A DNA stretch of 17,768 nucleotides from Abditibacteriaceae bacterium. GTDB taxonomy: Bacteria > Armatimonadota > Abditibacteriia > Abditibacteriales > Abditibacteriaceae. The stretch spans positions 1 through 17,768 of the forward strand of contig JANMKN010000302.1 in the NCBI GenBank assembly GCA_031372065.1. The letters run 5' to 3'. Of the stretch, positions 8,301 to 15,195 are shown in pieces. Both the position numbers and the translations under genes were made by a program. A model generated the notes under the pieces. It was not told the origin of the DNA, did not search any database, and worked only from the letters and a program-made list of their open reading frames with translations. Position 1 is the stretch's first letter. Each line of letters opens with the position of its first letter.

Positions 8301-8894
8301 ATGACCGACGAACGCCCTTCTTCTCCTTTCGATCAGGAACAAGAAAACCAACTGAACGAGCAAATCGAAGCCGAACGCGCCGCCAATGCCCGCGTGCCTA
8401 CCGGCCTGTTTGCGTTGATGGTCGCTCCGCTATTGCTGATCGCCATTCCGCTGGTGTTGTTATGGGTTCTGCGTTCCTCGCCTACCAATACCACGGCGTT
8501 AGCGCCAATTTCTACCACAACAGCCGCCGAAGCCACGCCTGCGTTACCGAGCGGGCCTTCCGTCGCGTGGCACACGTCCTTCAAAGACGCCTTAGCTTTG
8601 GCGCAAAAAACCGGAAAGCCCCTCATGGCCGATTTTTATGCCGATTGGTGCGGGCCATGCAAAGCGATGGATGCCTATACATGGACTGACGCCTCCGTCG
8701 TCGAAGAAAGCAAAAATGTGATTGCCGTCAAAGTGGACATAGACGCGCCAGAAAATGCAGAAATTACGCGTCGCTACAAGATTAACCCCTTGCCCTGCAT
8801 CATTTGGATGGATTCACAAGGCAACGAAAAAGGCCGCAATGAAGGCGCCGTCGGGCCGCAAGATATGCTGTTGTTGATGCAAAAATATCGCTGA
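8301..8894 (+). CDS. Membrane-anchored thioredoxin-family protein
   Basis: One TM segment (LFALMVAPLLLIAIPLVLLWVL), Thr/Ala/Pro linker, then KPLMADFYADWCGPCKAM. GGAG at 8291-8294 precedes ATG 8301. Confidence 0.88.
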   Translation: MTDERPSSPFDQEQENQLNEQIEAERAANARVPTGLFALMVAPLLLIAIPLVLLWVLRSSPTNTTALAPISTTTAAEATPALPSGPSVAWHTSFKDALALAQKTGKPLMADFYADWCGPCKAMDAYTWTDASVVEESKNVIAVKVDIDAPENAEITRRYKINPLPCIIWMDSQGNEKGRNEGAVGPQDMLLLMQKYR

Positions 8895-8907
8895 CAAAGC
8901 CGCAACG

Positions 8908-8945
8908 AAGAAAAACCCCTCCTGCTCTTTGAACAGAAGGGGTTT
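8908..8945 (-). terminator. Intrinsic terminator oriented for a minus-strand transcript (may also act on the convergent trx transcript)
   Basis: Minus strand AAACCCCTTCTGTTC-AAA-GAGCAGGAGGGGTTT-TTCTT. The stem is fully paired (two G:U) only on the minus strand and is followed by a U-tract. Confidence 0.75.
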
Positions 8946-8962
8946 ACCATTTCGGGAGCCGA

Positions 8963-9067
8963 TTTAGGCGCGGTAATTTTCACCGTGGCGCTGGGGTTGC
9001 CGATTTCTTGGTCATTTTTCACAAAAATCGCGTAATATTCGCGCTCTTCGGGGCCATCGGCGAGGTT
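8963..9067 (-). pseudogene. Probable 3' remnant of a gene for a beta-sandwich/FN3-like hypothetical protein
   Basis: Translates NLADGPEEREYYAIFVKNDQEIGNPSATVKITAPK, which resembles the 'RxYxAxY...IG..S..V.IT' C-terminal strands of FN3-like domains. It lies just before the minus-strand terminator. Family recognition is from memory and was not searched. Confidence 0.45.
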
Positions 9068-9125
9068 AAGGTTAAGGGCCAAACGGGCGCAAAACAAGCT
9101 AAAAAACGCGAAAAACGACCAAATT

Positions 9126-9360
9126 ATGCTCGTCGGGATGCCGCAGGGCATCTTTTTTCGGCGCTCGATACCCGGCGGCGTCCCGACGACCTCAACTTTT
9201 CGGCGCTTGATACCCTGCGGCATCCCGCCATGCTCCGAGCGCGGAAACTTGATACCCTGCGGCGTCCCGCCGTGCTCCGAGCGCGGAAACTTTGTGCCCT
9301 GCGGCATCCCGCCATGCTCCGAGTGCGGAAAAAAGATGCTCGGCGGGACGCCGCAGGCAT
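9126..9360. repeat. REP/BIME-like array: four 42-bp direct units bracketed by two inverted copies of the core
   Basis: Units start at 9167, 9209, 9251 and 9293 (consensus gataccctgcggcatcccgccatgctccgagcgcggaaactt; unit 1 has a divergent 3' half). Inverted-core copies are atgctcgtcgggatgccgcagggcatc (9126-9152) and atgctcggcgggacgccgcaggcat (9336-9360). Confidence 0.9.
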
Positions 9361-9398
9361 TTTTTCTCATTACATTGATAAGTCCAAATGCCTAATCC

Positions 9399-9426
9399 AT
9401 TTTACAACGCGCCCGCTCCCTGACAA
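9399..9426 (-). promoter_or_regulatory. Sigma70-type promoter pointing into the repeat array
   Basis: Minus strand TTGTCA (9426-9421), 16 nt, TAAAAT (9404-9399). Confidence 0.55.
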
Positions 9427-9564
9427 GAGGCTGCTGCCCCTATTTTTCGCTGGCATTTGGCAAATCTGTTTGCCACCCAACTTCTGACATTTTTCAGAAA
9501 TTCGGCCCTCAAAGCGAATTTGCGGTTTTATCGCCCCTATCCGGCATTATCATCAAAAAGGCCG

Positions 9565-9570
9565 TATAAT
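9565..9570 (+). promoter_or_regulatory. Possible -10 box for the 9630 gene
   Basis: Perfect TATAAT about 60 nt upstream of ATG 9630. No convincing -35. Confidence 0.4.
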
Positions 9571-9629
9571 AGGAGTTGGGTTGCGGCGCGGCTTGGTTGC
9601 GTGTTACGATTTTGAAATGAGGCATTATC

Positions 9630-10184
9630 ATGAGAAGAATTCTTGTCTTTGGTTTATTCTTAGCTATGCTGGTCAGTGAAACTTTAGACTGCCAAGCAAA
9701 CTCACCCCTACCGCCATTGCCGCTATCAAAACGCGTTGGTATGTCAACACACGTTTTTGTGGGAACGGTGAAACAAATAGACTATGTGGATAAGGATGGA
9801 CAGGTCATTACTCCTGAACAGGCATATCCTACTTTTCCAAATCTAACCTTGCGACTAAATCTTCAAGTAGATGAAATCCTTTTTCCTGCTAAGTGGAAAG
9901 CGGGAGGAACGGTTCAATTACGGGATTTCATATCTTTGTGGCGGCCTTATGAGCATACTTCAAAACAAGAGGGCGTTAAGGATTTAGAAAACGTATTAGC
10001 TGCGTGGCGCAAGAGTTATGGTGAAAAGAAATATGTGTTTGTGACTCGCGTAGTTGCTCCAAAACGCAGAAGCCCCTATTTGGTTTCAGTTCAAGGCCCT
10101 TACTATAGGGAGGATTTGGAAAAGAAATCAAGCATCAAAGCAATTATCCGAAAGGCTGTTGGGCAAAAAAGAAAAAGACCATGA
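9630..10184 (+). CDS. Exported hypothetical protein (possible NTR/TIMP-like OB fold)
   Basis: GAGG upstream of ATG, signal peptide MRRILVFGLFLAML..CQA, and motif LSKRVGMSTHVFVGTVKQI. Lower GC than flanks. Confidence 0.75.
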   Translation: MRRILVFGLFLAMLVSETLDCQANSPLPPLPLSKRVGMSTHVFVGTVKQIDYVDKDGQVITPEQAYPTFPNLTLRLNLQVDEILFPAKWKAGGTVQLRDFISLWRPYEHTSKQEGVKDLENVLAAWRKSYGEKKYVFVTRVVAPKRRSPYLVSVQGPYYREDLEKKSSIKAIIRKAVGQKRKRP

Positions 10185-10264
10185 AGGCTACCAACAGTGA
10201 CAGAATTAAGCTAACTGAGGTCAACTATCAAGGGATTTGACAGTTAATTTTTGATAAATCGCGA

Positions 10265-10298
10265 CAGCGCGTTTCTCAAGCGGGAAGCGCGCTTTTTG
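10265..10298 (+). terminator. Intrinsic terminator (copy 1 of a repeated hairpin)
   Basis: agcgcgtttctc-aagc-gggaagcgcgct-ttttg: 12-bp stem with G:U pairs plus a U-tract. Confidence 0.75.
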
Positions 10299-10341
10299 GT
10301 GCCACTTCGGGCGGCGCGGGCGTTCGGCCTCTGCGCGTAGC

Positions 10342-10374
10342 TTGACAGCAGGCGGAGCCTTCCGATGATAAAAT
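10342..10374 (+). promoter_or_regulatory. Promoter of the small two-gene unit
   Basis: Extended -10 TGaTAAAAT at 10366-10374. A perfect TTGACA lies at 10342-10347, but its 21-nt spacing is non-canonical. GGAGG RBS at 10382-10386. Confidence 0.55.
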
Positions 10375-10394
10375 AGGAAGCGGAGGTTAGAACA

Positions 10395-10583
10395 ATGGAA
10401 GAGACCATCACAACCGAAGTGTCTGCCGACGAAGCCGCACAAGTTCAAGCCGAAATCCAGCACTATTTTGAGGAAATCGAACGCTCCAAAGAGCGGATGA
10501 AAAAAGACCAAGCCGAAATCGTGAGATTAAAGACTCGAACACGAGCGATGCTGACTGAACTCACAGAGATGAGAACAGCTTAA
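10395..10583 (+). CDS. Small (62 aa) helical/coiled-coil hypothetical protein
   Basis: Strong RBS, E/K/R/Q-rich helical sequence, and stop 2 nt before the next ATG. Confidence 0.8.
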   Translation: MEETITTEVSADEAAQVQAEIQHYFEEIERSKERMKKDQAEIVRLKTRTRAMLTELTEMRTA

Positions 10584-10585
10584 TT

Positions 10586-10849
10586 ATGGGCATTCTCAAA
10601 CAGCTGCTCGATTACGTGCGCCAATTGTTCGCCGTGACTCAAACTTTGGAGGAGAACAAACAGGAAATCAAGGAATTACGCCAGGAAGTGGAACAGCTTA
10701 CCGACGTTGTTCGACACTTAGCATATGACTTGCGCTACTCACTTAACGACGAAAAGCATGAGCGAGAAAAACTGATGCTGAAGTTGGAGAATGAGATGCT
10801 GCGGTTTGAGCGCCGGTTGCCGCCAGCGAAAGAGTCAGATGGGAAATAA
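10586..10849 (+). CDS. Small (87 aa) coiled-coil hypothetical protein
   Basis: Heptad pattern LEENKQEIKELRQEVEQLTDVVRHL and C-terminal HEREKLMLKLENEMLRFERRLPP. Starts 2 nt after the upstream ORF's stop. Confidence 0.82.
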   Translation: MGILKQLLDYVRQLFAVTQTLEENKQEIKELRQEVEQLTDVVRHLAYDLRYSLNDEKHEREKLMLKLENEMLRFERRLPPAKESDGK

Positions 10850-10926
10850 AACCAATTAACAGCCGCCCAACAAGAAGCTCTGTTGGCAAAGGGTCTTTTT
10901 TAGCGTTGATTCCGGTTTCTATACAG

Positions 10927-10959
10927 CAGCGCGTTTCTCCCTGAGAAGCGCGCTTTTTG
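10927..10959 (+). terminator. Intrinsic terminator (copy 2 of the repeated hairpin), between convergent genes
   Basis: agcgcgtttctc-cct-gagaagcgcgct-ttttg. Confidence 0.78.
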
Positions 10960-10969
10960 TTTGGCAGAA

Positions 10970-13900
10970 TCAACTCATCTGAATCTGCAATTTCTGGCCG
11001 GTTTTCAGCGAAACATCGGCGGCAAAAGAAAGCAAAGCGCGGCCATTTTCGCTTGATAACTGCGCGGCGATGGGATTGCCCTCTAATGTCACTCTGGCGG
11101 TTTTGGGCGTGGTGCCTTCTTTGGGCGCGAGTGCTAAAGTTTTCAAGCGAAGCGCGCCGGATTTCAACTCAATTTCCGCGTTGCGCGCTGCGCCTTCATC
11201 CTTTTGCGAAAAGCTGCCCCAGCCCGTTGCCGTGGTAAACGCCGCTTTGAAATTCTCCGGCGAAAGTTTCGGCGCGAAGCCGAGATGACCGTTCGGGCCG
11301 TGATGTTCGTAGCCGCAGGCCGCGACGAAAACGCCGTAGCTTGCCATTGAGCGCGCATAATGGTCGCCGCATTCGACTTCGTTCCACGGATTGCGCCGCG
11401 CTCCATTGTAGCGGTCATGCACGGCGCGCGTCACGGCCAAGCCTTCTGGCACCAAGCCTTCCCAAATCATGTGTCCGGCGGCCTGATATTCAAAGCCGTT
11501 CATGCACTCGTTGAAATAGCCCGCTGCCCAATCGGGGCCTTTGCCGGCGGCTTGTTTATAGTCCCAATCGGCGCGCGGAAAGCTGCACATGAGTAGGCCC
11601 GCTTCGCCCGCCATGGCATACCAACGGCCTTGTTTATACGCTGCGCGATACGCGCCCGCATCGGGCGTGAAGTTGTATTTATAAAGCGCGGCCAAAGCAC
11701 GTTTGGTTTCATTTTGCGGCAAGACGCGCGGCAAGCCGACTTGCCATGCCCAACTTTGCCCGAAGACCTGATCAATCTCGCAGCCGGTGCCGGAATTGAT
11801 GGTATCAGCCCGTTTTGGGTCAACGATGTTCATGAAATATTCGCCGTTGAACAATTGCGCCGTGATTTGTTTGGCGCCGCTCTCGGCGATGGTTTCGCAA
11901 CGCGTGGCAAAATCGGTTTCGTTCATCTCGCGCGCCATCGCCGCGCCCGCGCGCAACGCCGCCAGATACAGCGAACTAAGCCACGCCACTTTGCCGAACC
12001 ATGCCGTATCCAGCGTGTTCATCTGGTCGCCTTCCATCAGGCCGTCGCTATCGCCATCGCGCTGCAAAAGCGGGTCGAAAGCCTTTTTGATTTTCGGCCA
12101 GTTGCGCTTGAGAAACTCGCCATCGGGCGCCATTTGATGCTCGCGGTAAATGCGCAAAATCGTTCCGGCTTGGCCGTCCACCGCAAGGCCGCGATCAAAC
12201 TCGGCGCGAAAGCCCATCACGCCATTGTTTTCGTTGAACGCGATGCCCAAATCTACACGCTCGCGCGTGTCGCGTTCGAGTTCGGGAAAGAGTCGTGCGA
12301 CGGCGTGCGCGTAATGCCAAACGTGCGCGCAAGTGCCCGGACAGCAGCCGACGCCTTCCCACGCATAAAAGCGCCCGTTGGCGAAGCGAAAGCAGGTCGA
12401 AGTCGCCAAAATCGAAGCGTTGAGCAGCGTGCGATCTAAAAACCAAAACGGCAAAGTCGAATCGTAAAAGGTGTCGTGAAACAGTTTGGTATCTTTGGAA
12501 AGGCGCGCGAAATTTGTCGTCACATATTGCGCCACAGCCTGCGCCGACGCGAATTTGGTGGCGTAAAAGCGGCCCACTTTGCCGAGATTTTGCAACGTGA
12601 GATTTGGAAAATGCCACGCCAAAACGAAATCTACATTCGCACTTTGCCCCGGCGCCAGATTCATTTTGCGCCCGATAGAACCAATCAGCGGTTCGCCAAT
12701 CGGCGCCGTCGTTTCGGCGCTGGCAAAACCGCCGCGCCCGCCTGCGGCTTGGGCAATATCCGGCGCCGCGCCCAGCAAACCCAGTCCCATGGTGCCGTAA
12801 TCGCTTTGCTCTTCAAACTTGCCGTTGCCACTGGCGGACGTGTCGCTGAAAGTGATTTTGCCGATGCCCACGTTGCCCCACGCGCCGGTGCCTTTATCGA
12901 AAATTTCCAGCGTGGCGTCTTTGCCCTTCAAGCCGCGCACGTCGAATGATTTGGGCGACATCAGGTTGTTGTCCTCGCCTGAAACCGTTTGCGCGATCTT
13001 GCCATCCACCAGTAAATTCAGGCCGGTAACGCCTTTTGCTTTGCCGCCGCCAATCCAGAAAACGATGTAATCGCGCTCGATTTTGAAAGCCTTGCTGGTG
13101 AGTTTGCCGACGTGCGAATCGCGCCCTCCGACATCATTCGCGGGCGCCGAAGCGTGCGTGTTGACTATGCGGTCACCTTCGCCGCCTATATCGCCCTGAT
13201 AATCAATAATCTCGTTGCGGCGCAGCGGGCGCGTGCCGAACGCGGTGCCTTCAACAGTCCACGGCGCGAAGGAATCTTTGTTCCAATCTTCAAAAACAAT
13301 ATCCGGTCGCGCGGCCACTTTTGTAAGAGGAGAAAATTCAGCGGAGCAATTTAAAAAGTGCAGGCCATCGCCACGCAGCACAGCGTTGCGCCGCATCGCG
13401 CCCGGCCATTGGTTCGCTTGCGCCACAGCATTTTGCAGCCAGCCGATAAGCGTCGCTTCAACGGGCGCATTCGAGGTGTTTTTCACCGTGTAACGCAAAA
13501 TGGTGGCGGGCAAACCCGAATCGTCCGCGTTGAGCGGAATAAACGGAGAGAAGGCTTCAAGCGTGACGGCAACCGGACAATTTTCATCGGCATAATTCAC
13601 CGTCGCTAAAGGATATTCACCGTTGAAAGCAATGTCAGCAAAGCCCTTTTTATCCAAGTCGCGCGTTTGCGTTTTGCCGCCCGCCGTTACCTGCAAAGCG
13701 AAGCCTTGTTCCAGCGGAGAAGAAGGCGTCAGCGGCCCAGCGTAATGCTCGGCGCCGGTGCCGATGTGCTTGTTAAAAACGTCCCAATGCCACAATTTGC
13801 CATCGCCGCCCAGATAAACCTGCCCAGCGCCGATGCCGCCAACCGGCATTCCGATGAAACGCAAATCATCGCCTTTATAAACCGTCGGCGTGCCTCGTTC

Positions 13901-14086
13901 AAACAGCGATTTTATCCAAGCATCGTCCAGTTTTTTATCGGATGGCACCAACTTTTCAAAGTCAGCGCGATCAAACGGGCCAGCCATGACCGGCAGGCGC
14001 GCAGTGAGAATCGCAGCGGCACTCAGGCCGATAAATTTAACCGCCTCGCGGCGGGTGACTTTTCCAGCGTCGGATAAATTTTCCAT
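10970..14086 (-). CDS. Tat-exported GH116-family glycoside hydrolase (GBA2-like) with an inserted CBM-like domain
   Basis: Twin-arginine TRREAVK plus h-region. GMPVGGIGAG, GEYP, AFSPFIP..DSGLP, FYAWEG (nucleophile region), HVWHYA..LFPELER, DGQAG, MNTLD (acid/base region), DQVFGQ, NPWNEVECGDHYARSMAS. Confidence 0.9.
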   Translation of the reverse strand: MENLSDAGKVTRREAVKFIGLSAAAILTARLPVMAGPFDRADFEKLVPSDKKLDDAWIKSLFERGTPTVYKGDDLRFIGMPVGGIGAGQVYLGGDGKLWHWDVFNKHIGTGAEHYAGPLTPSSPLEQGFALQVTAGGKTQTRDLDKKGFADIAFNGEYPLATVNYADENCPVAVTLEAFSPFIPLNADDSGLPATILRYTVKNTSNAPVEATLIGWLQNAVAQANQWPGAMRRNAVLRGDGLHFLNCSAEFSPLTKVAARPDIVFEDWNKDSFAPWTVEGTAFGTRPLRRNEIIDYQGDIGGEGDRIVNTHASAPANDVGGRDSHVGKLTSKAFKIERDYIVFWIGGGKAKGVTGLNLLVDGKIAQTVSGEDNNLMSPKSFDVRGLKGKDATLEIFDKGTGAWGNVGIGKITFSDTSASGNGKFEEQSDYGTMGLGLLGAAPDIAQAAGGRGGFASAETTAPIGEPLIGSIGRKMNLAPGQSANVDFVLAWHFPNLTLQNLGKVGRFYATKFASAQAVAQYVTTNFARLSKDTKLFHDTFYDSTLPFWFLDRTLLNASILATSTCFRFANGRFYAWEGVGCCPGTCAHVWHYAHAVARLFPELERDTRERVDLGIAFNENNGVMGFRAEFDRGLAVDGQAGTILRIYREHQMAPDGEFLKRNWPKIKKAFDPLLQRDGDSDGLMEGDQMNTLDTAWFGKVAWLSSLYLAALRAGAAMAREMNETDFATRCETIAESGAKQITAQLFNGEYFMNIVDPKRADTINSGTGCEIDQVFGQSWAWQVGLPRVLPQNETKRALAALYKYNFTPDAGAYRAAYKQGRWYAMAGEAGLLMCSFPRADWDYKQAAGKGPDWAAGYFNECMNGFEYQAAGHMIWEGLVPEGLAVTRAVHDRYNGARRNPWNEVECGDHYARSMASYGVFVAACGYEHHGPNGHLGFAPKLSPENFKAAFTTATGWGSFSQKDEGAARNAEIELKSGALRLKTLALAPKEGTTPKTARVTLEGNPIAAQLSSENGRALLSFAADVSLKTGQKLQIQMS

Positions 14087-14101
14087 GATAAATCTCAGTT
14101 T

Positions 14102-14890
14102 TCACTTGCCGCGCTTGACGGCGATGCCCACCAACGAAGTGCCGAAATTGAGGCGATGGCGGCGAATGATGCGGCCTTCGAGCTTGAGATATTCGATCAA
14201 CATTTGGTTGCCCAAACGCGGCAATTGCGGCAAGTGAGCGCCTTCGGAGTGGCGCCGCGCGTGCTTGGGACGCTTCGGTTGAAACGGCAAAATGATTTTG
14301 CGCCACAGCCATGCCAGTGGCGGCATGATGCTCATAGCGAAGGACAAACGATAAACCTCAAAGCCGCTTTCGCGCAGCAGATTTCGCAAACTACGATATT
14401 CATAGCGCCGGAAATGATGCAACGCTTCATCGTGCGCGCTCCACAAATGCTGATAGGCCGGCACACTGAAAACCAAGGCGCCGCCCGGCTTTAAAACGCG
14501 CCACACTTCGGCTAAAGCGCGCACATCATCACTGAGATGTTCCAAAACATCTAACATCGTCAAAAGGTGAAACGATTCATCGCCAAAAGGCAAATGCAAA
14601 GCGTCGCCTTGCAAAAGAGAAACGCCCTTCGATTCGGGATGCGCCCGCGCGAATTCCAAAGCCAGTGGCGAAAAATCCATCGCCGTGATATGGCCCGCAG
14701 TGCCGACAGCGTTCTTAAGCATTGGCAAATTCGCGCCGGTGCCGCAGCCAATATCCAGCAGTTGCAAATCCGATTTGCGGGCAGTTTTCGGCACTTCGCG
14801 GAGCAGTCCGGCGACGATTTCGCGGCGCCCGACAAACCACCAATATTCGGTTTCCAACTCGTGCATCCGCGCGTATTCTTGAGATTCCAT
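14102..14890 (-). CDS. Class I SAM-dependent methyltransferase (type 11)
   Basis: YWWFVGRR, LLDIGCGTG, GDALHLPF, LDVLEH, LKPGG, VPAY..LWSAHDEALHHFRRY. Confidence 0.9.
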   Translation of the reverse strand: MESQEYARMHELETEYWWFVGRREIVAGLLREVPKTARKSDLQLLDIGCGTGANLPMLKNAVGTAGHITAMDFSPLALEFARAHPESKGVSLLQGDALHLPFGDESFHLLTMLDVLEHLSDDVRALAEVWRVLKPGGALVFSVPAYQHLWSAHDEALHHFRRYEYRSLRNLLRESGFEVYRLSFAMSIMPPLAWLWRKIILPFQPKRPKHARRHSEGAHLPQLPRLGNQMLIEYLKLEGRIIRRHRLNFGTSLVGIAVKRGK

Positions 14891-14909
14891 GAAGCAGGCC
14901 TAAAGGCTT

Positions 14910-15191
14910 TCAGCGTTTCTTTTTTTGCTTCTGCTTTTCCAACAACAGCTTTTTAATGTCCTGAAAATAAAAGCGCCGCTGCCCGCCCGGTGTGCGATGT
15001 GATGGCAAGGCACCAGCATTCGAATAACGCCGCACCGTGGCGCGGCACAGGTTCAATAGCAGGGCCGCTTCTTCCAAGGTCACTTCCGGGTTTTCCAATC
15101 GCGCGAACAGTTCGCGGCGCGATTCGGTAAGCTGGCGCTGCCGCGTTTTTTTTTCGGTTTTCTCTGAAATCGTTTCGGGATTCGTTGCCAT
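14910..15191 (-). CDS. Small MerR-like/excisionase (HTH_17, BldC-like) DNA-binding protein
   Basis: VTLEEAALLLNLCRATVRRYSNAGALPSHRTPGGQRRF. ATG 15191, 4 nt after the queA stop, is preferred over the overlapping start at 15203. Confidence 0.85.
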   Translation of the reverse strand: MATNPETISEKTEKKTRQRQLTESRRELFARLENPEVTLEEAALLLNLCRATVRRYSNAGALPSHRTPGGQRRFYFQDIKKLLLEKQKQKKKR

Positions 15192-15195
15192 GAAA

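Noticed and set aside
9126..9360. CRISPR array
   Set aside because: Inter-core segments are near-identical rather than unique spacers, the period is only 42 bp, inverted copies are present, and no cas genes were seen.
9008..9487. Plus-strand 159-aa and 89-aa ORFs across the repeats
   Set aside because: Openness is explained by the 42-bp stop-free repeats. There is no RBS or recognisable domain.
10395..10583. Pup/UBact modifier partner of the Dop
   Set aside because: Right size and an acidic N-terminus, but it ends in EMRTA, lacks the C-terminal GG[E/Q] or R[T/S]G[E/Q], and is over 6 kb from dop.
10854..10911. Integron attC site (aattaac...gttgatt; internal gcccaac; also GTTGGGT at 9575)
   Set aside because: The inner L boxes do not pair, the ends deviate from RYYYAAC/GTTRRRY, and no integron integrase is present. 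IntegronFinder would be decisive.
11070..14237. Numerous plus-strand ORFs (e.g. 11630..12439)
   Set aside because: Antisense shadows of the GH116 gene, typical of GC-rich coding DNA.
14910..15191. Prophage/ICE excisionase marking a mobile element
   Set aside because: No integrase, tRNA or att repeats nearby, and the gene is embedded among housekeeping genes.
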